A model generated the notes under the pieces. The model saw only the letters and a program-made list of their open reading frames with translations, was not told where the DNA came from and searched no databases. From a virus, in the IMG/VR virus record IMGVR_UViG_3300027969_000043, positions 1 through 64,000 of that record: DNA of 64,000 nt. The stretch is one strand, 5' to 3'. Each line of letters begins with the position of its first letter. Position 1 is the stretch's first letter. The position numbers and the translations under genes are program-made. This document shows positions 7,671 through 18,100 of this stretch, piece after piece.

Positions 7671-10600
7671 TTATCCAATAAGTGATTTAATTTCATTTGC
7701 CAGTACAGGATAGTGTAACTTGTAAGGGCCAGTACAATTATGTGCTTCACCGTCTGATGCTGAATAACCAACACCTTGATTTAAAACTGTAACATTTGGT
7801 TGACCATTTAATACAGAATAATATGATATGACGTCAGTGTTATCATAAGTTGTTGTACCGTTTAATTTTGTACCGTATATTTTATTTATATCCCCATTAG
7901 GTTTATATTTTATATTTCCTATCCAACCACCACTTCCTCTGACAAATAGGTATTTTGCACTTGGAAATACTCTTCTAAGTTCTGTTAGTACTTTTAGTAA
8001 ATTGTTTGAATTTTGAAATCCATCATTAGTACCTATTGATACTACAACATTTTCTACCCCAGTGCTTACTGGATATTTTTTAAGTGCACCTATTAACCAT
8101 GTAGTGTCTTTTCCACCAAAATATAATGATGCATCACCTTGGGTTGGTGAAATTCTTCTTGCGGAAGAGCCTGCGGTTATTAAAATATTTTCTAAACAAA
8201 ATAACAATGAATCACCAACTAAAATGTTTTTTAAGGTTGTTGGTGTGTTGGTTGAAGTTGGTTGTGTTGATGAATTTAATGCTTGTGGGTTATAACCGCT
8301 TATTTTTTTAAATAATTTGAAATTATCTATCCCTACTTTAACAAATCCCTCTGTCATTATATCTGCATCATATTCATCATAATTTAGGTATCCACTTTTA
8401 CCCTTAAACGACCTTGTTATATATGGTTTATATACGTCATATTTTTTTCCCATTTGGAACATGCCAGCATATCCACTATTTGGGTCTGTATATGTTTGTA
8501 ACCCATTTTCCTGCATCCCCATTGTAATGATATTGTCAAGCGAAAAACCTTCATTTGGTTGTTCGTATTTTTTAAATATATCTTTAAGTCTTGAATATGG
8601 TCTACCCAAGTCATCCTTCGCACTACCATTGATTCGTGTTTGTGCCTCTGCTGCTTTTATTGGAAGTTGTTTAGTCCACACGTTAAGAAATCCATTGGCT
8701 AATTTTTTAGGGTCTGACCTATATAGTGTTGAAATGTCTGATTTTTTAACACCGTTATCTGCGACTAATGTACCTGGCCAATTGTCTGTGAAAAAATCAG
8801 TATTTACGTTGCTTTGATACGATGCTTGGGTACCACTAGCAACTTTGTAATGTTGAGATGCGCCATCAGGACCTTGTTGCCATGAAAAATATATCCAAAG
8901 TAAATCTGATGTTGATAATTCATAATTTGCTGTTCCTTTAACGGTAATAAAATCACAACCGCTATAAACAGCTTCTTTTCCATCTGGTTCTTTAGGATTT
9001 TTTACAACTGGGTCATATTGTGCGTTTGCTGGTATTGTTACGGTATTTTTTGGATTATTGACATATTTTGGTTCTTTCGTCTGCCATAGACATATTGCTG
9101 ATGTTCCGTGGTATTCAAAATGCCAAAACTCTTCGACACCGCTACCATCTCTTAAGCTGGTTGGCATCCAGAATCCATATCTCCAGCAATTTTCTAAAAA
9201 CCATTTTAGTGATATGTTTATATTTTGGTCAAAACCTCTTTTTAAATTATCCGCACTAGTTGATATTTGTAATGCATTACCATCAGCATCTATTGTTTGT
9301 AAATCAACAGCCAACCCCCATCCATGATAAGAAGTTCCAACAGCAGCAACAGCACCAGGGGGTTTTTTATTTTTTATATTATCTCTTACTAAATTTGTTT
9401 GTTTTGTTGCGTTACGATATAGGCTAGTAATAGTGATATAGTTTCCATCGCTAAATGTTTTATAATTATTTTGTTTTGCGTGTGTAACAAAATCAGTTAA
9501 CATTTTTTCTAACGCATTTGCAGCTTCTGTTATTAATGACTCGTTAAGTTCGTTTTCGTTGTCTGGGGCTGGAGCTTCTACCTGTGTACCAGCTTTTTGA
9601 TTACCAACACCGTTAGGTGCAACAACTTTTTTCATTGTTATTTGATTGTTTGTTTGAGTCAAATACGCATTTTTGCCATCATTTCTAAATATTGTTGCTG
9701 CAATAGGTGCTAATAGTTGAGTTGGGGTATACGTTACTGTACTACCAGCTGTTGCCGCTCCAATTTTTTGGCCAGATATCAATGAAGAATAAAGCGTCGC
9801 TTTATCTATCAATGGTGTTTTTGCTATTCTAATTCTTGTACCAGTAAATACGGTTGTCATATTATTTGGCACAATGCTATGAGTAACCTTTGTGATTAAA
9901 TAAGCACCATGAAACATTGGTATGTTATCCAATTGAAAATACATCATTGGTTGAATCATTGCATCGCCAAGCATTTCAACTTCAGCTTTATAGCTTCTTA
10001 CAGAATAAACATTGTATAGGTTTTGACCAACATATGACTGGTTTGCCGAACTTAGTGAGTTTGATATTGCGTCTGTTATTGCTAATGATTCGGCCGTTTC
10101 ATTAAATTCTGATTGGTCAAGCCTGATATCCTTAAATATGTTTTGATTTTGTTGTCCGTATTTAACAATAAATGCAGATGCAAAATCCTCCCAACTGGCT
10201 TTTTCTTCTGAAAAATCTTTAGGCCATGTTTTATCGTTTGTTATATCAAAACCATCGTTTGGATATTCCGAATCTGGACCGAAATCTAGCTTGGTTGATG
10301 TTTGCCCAACATATACGCAAACAAACGATGGGCCAGTTGCTGTTTCTTTTTGTGCCATATAATAAGGGTATGGTTCAAAAATGGAATGCAATTCTTTGGG
10401 GTCGTTAAAGTTAATAAAATTTGGTAATGCAATAAATTCAAAATTATTATCTGTTAATATTCTACCAAATAAATCATAAATGCTAGAATCAGGACTCTCA
10501 TACAGTTGATGCGTTACCATTACTGGATGTATTTGAAATTGTTTGCTAATATCTTCAAATGACCTACTGACAAATCTAAAACTATCAATAAGGTTTAATC

Positions 10601-13600
10601 CAGCAGGTGTTCCTTTACCGTATTCGGTATTTATGGCTGTATCGCCAGCTAATCTATATGGTTCATTTGTTCCTTTAGAACAACATTGAAATAATATATC
10701 ATTAAATGGTCTTGGGCTACCACCGACACCAGCAATCCATTTATCATATATTTTTTTACACGTTCTGTATATCTCTAATTTAATTTTTTCGTTTTCGCCT
10801 GGTGATACAATTGTTTTCTGGTCGTCAGTAACTTTGGCTATTAATGCTTGATTAATAGTATCGATATATTTTGCAAATTTTGATTTAAGAAATTTAGGTG
10901 TTGGGTTTGTATCTTTTATACCATTTGACCATATAAATACTGAGTTATTTTCAATATATTTATGTGAAAAAAGTAATTCTTTTAATTTTTTTTCTGCTGG
11001 ACCATTTAGTTTATATTCAATAAATAAATTATAATCAAATTTACCTAGTGTTGGTAATGCGTAAATATATGTCATAACTGAATAGTTATCCTCTAGTTTA
11101 CCAATATTTAATTTATTACCATATAGTTCGTTCATTTTGGCAAGCGTGTTAACGGTTATCTCGGTGTATGTACCATTAACGTCATATTCTTCCAAAGATT
11201 TTGCATCAGTTTTAACAACTGTGCTACTTCTTAATATGTCCCATTGTGCTTTCCACTGGCTATCGCCAAAAAATGCTGTTCCGTCCCCTTTGGTTATATC
11301 CAAAAGTGGTATGATATCATTTGTAAACTCTTCTTTAACAAATGTATCAAATTCACTAACAAATAAATCTTGAACTTTTGGTGGTAGTGCTAAAATTTCT
11401 GGGTCGATTTTTTCATAAGACATACCAAGTCTATCACAAAAAAACATTGAAAAATTGCTTTGGTTATCATTTAAAGCATCGTTACCAGTTGCAACTTGTA
11501 ATCCAAAAATATTTAAATTTGTTTTAGACGTTTCAAATGAAATAACCTCTGGATAAGCTTTTAAATATTCGTCATTTTTTGGATAATCGTCGTCATTTGT
11601 ACTAAACCCAGGTATTAAAGATTCGTTACCTATTTTAAACGTTACTGGTATTTTTCCAGCTAACCCTTCTCTGTATCTCCAAATTAAAGAGCCTATAAAT
11701 GCTGGCCATAATTTTGGAACTTTAACAAATCCATTTCTTATAGCAAATGTATTAAAAATTTCTTTTTGTTTAAAAATACCAACATCATCTGTTATACTCA
11801 ATATTCCAGTAGACCTTGATGATTTTCCAACTAGTCCTTTCCAAGGAAAACAATGTAAAAATAAAAAAGCTTTTGGATAAACGCTTGTTTGTGCGTTATA
11901 TAACCTACTACCAAACAATGAAAAGTTAAAAGAATATTTCCTAGTCTGTGCAGCAAAATTAAAAAATGGAAAAGAAACTTGGTCTTGTGTTGTTTCGTTT
12001 GAAAACAATGTTATATTTTTACCAACTGATTCGTGGTTATTTGAAAGTACATTATATCTTTCTCCTGGTATAAAAGTATCAATATATTCACTTGTTGTTA
12101 TATTTTCAAATGTATAAGCGGCAAAAGCACCACCAGAAAAAGTTAAATCAAGAGGCGTTTCACTATTAATTCTTCGTGTTGATAACCCATTTTGAATTCC
12201 TTCCCAACCATTTTCAATTAGCGGATTATCATAAAAAATACTATGATAACCTAACTGACCAGCACCATATTCAGATTTTGAGGAGTAATCGACCGATGAG
12301 TATTCTTGGACGCCATACTTACCATTACTAAGAAAAAAATCAGCATCTACTGGTGAAGTTAAATCGTTAGACAATAAGTCGTATTTAAAAATACTTGGAC
12401 CCCTAGCAAGAGGTGGTTGCGTCGTTATACTATCGTAATCATCGGCGCCAATAATACTAATATATTTTGCGGTATCTGCAGATTCGGCGTTATCATCGTA
12501 TTTTACACTCCCAGACCTATTTGATAATTTAAAATCAGAATAATTACCATAGTAAGGGTTTGTTATACTGTTAAAACCTTTATCAGCAGGTATTTCGTAT
12601 CTATTAAAAGGAGTACTTCCTTTAAATGGTATTTCAATATATTTATAATCCCAATGTTCAATATTATTATATGTGGATGCTGATAGTAGATTTTTTTCTG
12701 TACCATTAACAATACCTTTTACTGCAGAATATTTATCAACTGTATTGTAATTGCTAGTTAATGCTGGTAAAATAATTTTATTTGTTTTGTATTTTTGAAT
12801 TATTAACTCCGCTTCAGCCTTTGCAAATGATTCTATTTCTTTATCATCAATTAAGTTGCTAGGTTGCCAACCTAATACACCAGCAGCTCTTAAAACAATA
12901 AGTCTGGCAATATCATCTTGATTTGCGCTGTCTGGTAATCTATCGTATGGAGTTTTATCTGGTATTGACCTAATTGAATCAATTGGGCTAAATGCTTGCC
13001 AAGCTACAACACCATTTGAGTTTAATTGTACTGCCTCGTCCTCTTGTATATTTTTAACCATTTGTACGTACAAATCTTCAACGAATTTAACTTCTGGTAC
13101 TAGAAGTGGGTTTTCAAGAACACCCGCAGAACCAAGATATCTTTCCACATCGTTTTCAATGTATTCTGGCCATGGATATATTACAGCGTCATCAGTTTTT
13201 TTAATATCTAATCTTTGATTGTCAAGAGATTGTGATTTGAATTTTTTTAATTCATCAATTCTAGTTGTTTCTAGATACCTTGAAGAAACCTTAAACATTA
13301 GTTCTAGGAATATTTCAATATGTGCTGTAAACATTTTAAAAATATTCCTTATATTTGGTTCAAATGTTAACTTGCTTTCAATTGCATCTGCAATATCTAA
13401 AGCTAATGAGTCTGTAAAATCTTTTTGAGCTTTTTCTAATTCTGTTCTAGCATCTTGTATATATTGTCTAGTTTCTGTAACATCGCGTACTATAATATAT
13501 GCCTCACTAGGTGATACCGTTTTTGGTAATGCATTTTGAAATCTTTTTACAATACCACTAATTACTTCATTATTGGTACCGTCTATTAAATCTTCATAAC

Positions 13601-14792
13601 TTTCTTTTATATTATCAATCATGTCGGCGTTATTAACACCACCAGTTGGGCCAATTAATTCATTTACTTTTGCTATCGCCCCACCAGTAATTTGATTTGT
13701 TTCTATTAATTTTGCGCTCAATAAATTGCCAACCTTTGTGTTATATGCATCGCGTTTTTTTTTATATTCTTCTCTAAAAGTCTTACCAATTTTATACACA
13801 TTAGTATTTTTATATGCATCTCCAAAACTAGTTTCGCCCTCTTTACGTGGGTCTGGAAAAAAAACAATACTAGTTTGATAAGGCTCGGTTGTATCTCCAA
13901 GTATTGCCTCGCATATTGTTGGGTTTTTAAGGTCTCCAATGTAGCTATCTACTAAACCCTCGATAACCGTTAAATCACCCTGTAATTCATTAATTAATGC
14001 TACGTTATTTCTATTTACATTTGATGTATTTGCTAATTGTTCTTCCACTAATTTATCAATGTTATTCATATCTTTCATGAATTGATTGATAGAAATGGTA
14101 TCTTTACTTTTTAATAAATCAATTCCATCTGGTGTTCTAACAGCAGCTCTCAGATATCCAAGAATCATATCAGCAAACATCGCATATGTATAACCAACAA
14201 AGCTTGCACTAATTTCAAAATTACCAGTTTGTGAATTAAATTTAGTGTTGCATTTAACCATGTGTAAACAATATACAACAGGTTTACCATAAAACCCTTT
14301 GATTTTTAATTCAAATAATGGATAGGGTAATCTAAATAAAACATTATATATTGATTTTGCACCAGATTGGAAAATTGCTCCACCTCTAACATCAATAAAA
14401 TCTATATTGACCATTGGTGCATATGATGAGTTGAACTCTATTTGAATATTAGTAATTCCTAATGCTTCTTCAATTATATTTTCAGTTCCTAAGTCTGTAT
14501 AGCTAGTGGTTAAAAAATTACCATAACCTGTACTTCCGTCTTTTTTACCTTTGATAAAATTTACAATACTAGAACCTTCGCTATTTTTTTTTTGTGTACC
14601 GTTTTGAGTATTAATTAATACGCTTCTTGCTTTTTGTGTTGTAAGCAATTCAACAATAATACATAATTCTTCTGGCGGTACGGACATGTTATAATTTGTA
14701 TCACCAAAAATACTATCATTATATTGATAACCAAAATCGTTTGGGTCAACTATGCTGAATCTGCCACTACCTTTTCTATCACCTTTAGCCAT
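7671..14792 (-). CDS. Giant baseplate hub / tail-associated lysin with C-terminal M15 peptidase, lytic-transglycosylase-like and SGNH hydrolase domains
   Basis: Hub-like N-terminus (GITNIQIEF..IDFIDVRG) and hub-like VEMLGDAMIQPMMYFQL..GAYLITKVTHSI. M15 motifs SLYR, SYHGWGLAVD, EFWHFEY. Transglycosylase-like QENG...GMFQ. SGNH blocks GDS, G, GTND, DGEAH. Confidence 0.75.
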   Translation of the reverse strand: MAKGDRKGSGRFSIVDPNDFGYQYNDSIFGDTNYNMSVPPEELCIIVELLTTQKARSVLINTQNGTQKKNSEGSSIVNFIKGKKDGSTGYGNFLTTSYTDLGTENIIEEALGITNIQIEFNSSYAPMVNIDFIDVRGGAIFQSGAKSIYNVLFRLPYPLFELKIKGFYGKPVVYCLHMVKCNTKFNSQTGNFEISASFVGYTYAMFADMILGYLRAAVRTPDGIDLLKSKDTISINQFMKDMNNIDKLVEEQLANTSNVNRNNVALINELQGDLTVIEGLVDSYIGDLKNPTICEAILGDTTEPYQTSIVFFPDPRKEGETSFGDAYKNTNVYKIGKTFREEYKKKRDAYNTKVGNLLSAKLIETNQITGGAIAKVNELIGPTGGVNNADMIDNIKESYEDLIDGTNNEVISGIVKRFQNALPKTVSPSEAYIIVRDVTETRQYIQDARTELEKAQKDFTDSLALDIADAIESKLTFEPNIRNIFKMFTAHIEIFLELMFKVSSRYLETTRIDELKKFKSQSLDNQRLDIKKTDDAVIYPWPEYIENDVERYLGSAGVLENPLLVPEVKFVEDLYVQMVKNIQEDEAVQLNSNGVVAWQAFSPIDSIRSIPDKTPYDRLPDSANQDDIARLIVLRAAGVLGWQPSNLIDDKEIESFAKAEAELIIQKYKTNKIILPALTSNYNTVDKYSAVKGIVNGTEKNLLSASTYNNIEHWDYKYIEIPFKGSTPFNRYEIPADKGFNSITNPYYGNYSDFKLSNRSGSVKYDDNAESADTAKYISIIGADDYDSITTQPPLARGPSIFKYDLLSNDLTSPVDADFFLSNGKYGVQEYSSVDYSSKSEYGAGQLGYHSIFYDNPLIENGWEGIQNGLSTRRINSETPLDLTFSGGAFAAYTFENITTSEYIDTFIPGERYNVLSNNHESVGKNITLFSNETTQDQVSFPFFNFAAQTRKYSFNFSLFGSRLYNAQTSVYPKAFLFLHCFPWKGLVGKSSRSTGILSITDDVGIFKQKEIFNTFAIRNGFVKVPKLWPAFIGSLIWRYREGLAGKIPVTFKIGNESLIPGFSTNDDDYPKNDEYLKAYPEVISFETSKTNLNIFGLQVATGNDALNDNQSNFSMFFCDRLGMSYEKIDPEILALPPKVQDLFVSEFDTFVKEEFTNDIIPLLDITKGDGTAFFGDSQWKAQWDILRSSTVVKTDAKSLEEYDVNGTYTEITVNTLAKMNELYGNKLNIGKLEDNYSVMTYIYALPTLGKFDYNLFIEYKLNGPAEKKLKELLFSHKYIENNSVFIWSNGIKDTNPTPKFLKSKFAKYIDTINQALIAKVTDDQKTIVSPGENEKIKLEIYRTCKKIYDKWIAGVGGSPRPFNDILFQCCSKGTNEPYRLAGDTAINTEYGKGTPAGLNLIDSFRFVSRSFEDISKQFQIHPVMVTHQLYESPDSSIYDLFGRILTDNNFEFIALPNFINFNDPKELHSIFEPYPYYMAQKETATGPSFVCVYVGQTSTKLDFGPDSEYPNDGFDITNDKTWPKDFSEEKASWEDFASAFIVKYGQQNQNIFKDIRLDQSEFNETAESLAITDAISNSLSSANQSYVGQNLYNVYSVRSYKAEVEMLGDAMIQPMMYFQLDNIPMFHGAYLITKVTHSIVPNNMTTVFTGTRIRIAKTPLIDKATLYSSLISGQKIGAATAGSTVTYTPTQLLAPIAATIFRNDGKNAYLTQTNNQITMKKVVAPNGVGNQKAGTQVEAPAPDNENELNESLITEAANALEKMLTDFVTHAKQNNYKTFSDGNYITITSLYRNATKQTNLVRDNIKNKKPPGAVAAVGTSYHGWGLAVDLQTIDADGNALQISTSADNLKRGFDQNINISLKWFLENCWRYGFWMPTSLRDGSGVEEFWHFEYHGTSAICLWQTKEPKYVNNPKNTVTIPANAQYDPVVKNPKEPDGKEAVYSGCDFITVKGTANYELSTSDLLWIYFSWQQGPDGASQHYKVASGTQASYQSNVNTDFFTDNWPGTLVADNGVKKSDISTLYRSDPKKLANGFLNVWTKQLPIKAAEAQTRINGSAKDDLGRPYSRLKDIFKKYEQPNEGFSLDNIITMGMQENGLQTYTDPNSGYAGMFQMGKKYDVYKPYITRSFKGKSGYLNYDEYDADIMTEGFVKVGIDNFKLFKKISGYNPQALNSSTQPTSTNTPTTLKNILVGDSLLFCLENILITAGSSARRISPTQGDASLYFGGKDTTWLIGALKKYPVSTGVENVVVSIGTNDGFQNSNNLLKVLTELRRVFPSAKYLFVRGSGGWIGNIKYKPNGDINKIYGTKLNGTTTYDNTDVISYYSVLNGQPNVTVLNQGVGYSASDGEAHNCTGPYKLHYPVLANEIKSLIG

Positions 14793-14818
14793 GCTGTAAA
14801 TTGTTTTTTATTCTAAAA

Positions 14819-15139
14819 TTATACCCCATAAAGTAGTTTATAATTGTTTACTAATTGTATATATCTGCCTATTGCATCTTCAAAAGGAAACGGTACAACG
14901 ATTATTGTTTGGTCGGGTATTAAAAACTCCAAACCCCCAAATTGTGGGTTTGCAGACATTATTAACCAACCAAAGTATGGTGAATTATAATACGCATTGC
15001 TTACTTTGTCAAGTCTTGTTTCACCTAATTTATATAATACAGTTTTATCACCGCTTGTTTGGGTCAGCGTAAGGCCAGGTATTGGCTTCATCTTATCGTT
15101 ACTTCTAAATTCTTCGTATCTATCGAAATATCTTGGCAT
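14819..15139 (-). CDS. LysM-like baseplate wedge protein (T4 gp53 / P2 gpX-like)
   Basis: GETRLDKVSNAYY..PYFGWLIMSANP motif and position between the tube initiator and hub genes. Confidence 0.7.
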   Translation of the reverse strand: MPRYFDRYEEFRSNDKMKPIPGLTLTQTSGDKTVLYKLGETRLDKVSNAYYNSPYFGWLIMSANPQFGGLEFLIPDQTIIVVPFPFEDAIGRYIQLVNNYKLLYGV

Positions 15140-15153
15140 ATGTTTTTATTTTT

Positions 15154-18100
15154 TTATTTTGGTGGTTTTGTTACTGGTAATGTGTATTTAGCAAATTTTT
15201 GCCAGAAAGTACAAGTTTCTGTACCAATTTTTGATGAGAGGTTTATAAAATCACCTAATGCTACTAATTCTACACTGCTAGCGTCAGAAGGGAAATTTTT
15301 CTTAATGTTTTCAAGCAATCCTACTGTTGGTGGGTTTGTATTTGGATTTCCGTCATAATTTTCATTTGCTACCGCTAGGCTAGTTGCACTACCCCTGCTT
15401 GAGAATCCAACCCAAGCTTTTCCATCAGTACTTCTATCTATGGTAGCGGTCCAAGTAACTACAGGCCCCTTTACCGTAACTTCTACAGATATGACCGTTG
15501 GATTTATTCCAGCATCATATAGTGCATATAAAACTTTTGCAACTTTAGTATTCATTTCACCGACATTTCTAGAAACTCCATTAATTGTTGTACTTTGAAA
15601 TGCGTGTAGCTTGTCACGATTGTTACCAAAGTTAAATGTTGTTACGTCATAACTATCTTTTAAAGCATATGGTAATTGATATGGTGATGTTGGTGTAGAT
15701 GTTGGAGGCGGTGCTGGTGTATTGTCTAGATAAAAACTAATACCTGGTTGTCCGCCAGTTTCCCAATTTATTATAAATCGACTACTAGGGTCTTTTTGTG
15801 CTGCCAATATATTATTTTTATTATCTTCGTCAATATCTCCCAAATCTAAAACTCCCTGCCAAGTTGTACCTTTTTCCCAAGCTTTACCACTAGGTTGGTC
15901 TGCGGCTACTTCTGTATTTGCCACAATAACTTGACTACTTGAATCAGAACCAGAATCAAACACAACTGAGGTGTCGTCATTTCTACTAACATTAAATGTT
16001 CCGTCAACACCTAAACCAAGATTAAGGCTAGCACCATTTATATTTGCCTTTATGGTAACCATACCTTTATATGTTTTTGATGATTGTAATGCAAATGTTG
16101 GTAATTTATCTGTTCTACCCCATTCAAAATCAACGGTTATACTATTCAATGATTTATCATAAGGATAAACTTTTTTAATATTAATTGCATTAACAACATC
16201 AGCATCTTTACTATTACTAGCAGCTACTGGTGTTGGTGGTGCTGGTGCTGGTGTTACCGATGATGGTGTGGTTGGTTGTGTAAATGGTTGACTTACTAGA
16301 TTTAATTTATTAGGGTTGGTTGCCCCGTCAGGGTAATAGTCAACATTTAGCGTATATGTACCATCTTTTTTATCATTAACAATACAGCTTTGAGCATTTG
16401 CTCCTAAACAAACATTCGACACAATTTTACCCGAGTCATCTTTAAATTGTGTATTACCAACTTTCATAAAGTCATAGTTAGGGTCAATAATTCTTAACAC
16501 TAAATATTTACCAGTTGTTTGTTCTAAATTAAAATAACTAGCATCATTACCTTGTAATGTGCTAAACTCACCTAAATAATCAATAGTTATACCAGGTTTG
16601 CTTACGTTCGTATTTGCAGTATTGGTTAGCATTTCTGTATTTAATTGTACCTTTGTTGTATCGTTATACACTAACGTTTCTAGGCTATATTGTTTACCCT
16701 CTGTAAGCCCAGTGCACGGTGGTGTTACATTAGCAAGAGGAATTGAAAGAGCATTATCCTTTGTATTTTTTTTAAATGAAAAAGGGTCAAATTGAAGTAG
16801 TTGAGTACTATCGCTAGTGTCAAGATGTATATATTGATATTGTTCAAGTCCGTCAGCGCTTTTTATTGTCGATTTAACATTTAGTTTATACTGACTAAGT
16901 TCAGGTCTTGTTGGGTCTCCGTTATTATAAAGATTAAAACTAATAACCCCGTTTTTATTGTTTGTATTTGTAGTTGTTACATCTTTTACCGTTAAATTTT
17001 TAATAGCAGATTCTTGTTCTTGTTGAGAATTTGTTAATCCGTTAACATCTATATCATAACTACATGGGATTGAAACACCAGCAAAACTAAATACAATTTT
17101 ATATGGTATTTCATTTCCCTCAATTAATTCAGGTGTTTTTGGTTCTGTATTTGAAAAGTATAAATTATTGACTACCGAATTTGATTTTGTGAATGCGCTA
17201 GATACATCTATTGGTGTTTTCCATACATAGGTATCTTTTTCATTGATTTTACTAATTAGTGTTACCGTTAACTTGTAATCCTGAGATAATTCTACAGTTT
17301 TATCTGTTGCGTTAATAAAAAAGGAGATATAATTACCTTTGGTAGCATCTTTAAGTACTTTTAAATCTGGGTTTGACGTATCTGATTCTGATACACCTAT
17401 AGAAATTATTTGACCGTCGCTATCACATTTGGTTTCTGATTTGGTTACGATTCCTGTTGCTGTATCAAATATAATTTCACACGTTGGGTCATTAACACCC
17501 ACTAGTTGTATTGATACATTATATTCGCCACTATCAATTAATGATTGTGGTGGTGGGTTATCACCCCATATACCATTATCAGTTGGTGTACAATAAAAAT
17601 TATTATTCTCTGGTGCGTATGTTTTATTATCTTCAGCATAAAATAGTTTATTTGGATTAGTTGCTACATATATAACACTTAAATCGTTTATATCGTAAAC
17701 ATTAATATATGAGTCATATGGTTGTAATATTTTTACTGCTGAGTCATTATAATCAAATCTAAAACCAATAATATCTTCAAAAAAAGAAATTGGTTCATTT
17801 TTTTCATCTTGTACATTAAACCAATATAGGTTATCTTTATCTCTTTCACAAGAAGATGAAGTACCATCACCACCTTGAGTATCTGAGCTTGTTTGTTTTT
17901 TATCTTCATCACTAGTTGCTGTTTGGTCAACAGTCGGAGGTGCATACGTTGGTACTGTATCGCCAAAAGCTCCCATAGAAGTGGTAACGGAATCAAGACC
18001 TAGTACCAAGCCGTATGCTGTTTCTTGTGTACCTTCTGGCATTAGTTCTGTTTTAGAAGCAAATGTTGTTCTTGTATTTTCCCCCTTGTAATTCTTATCA

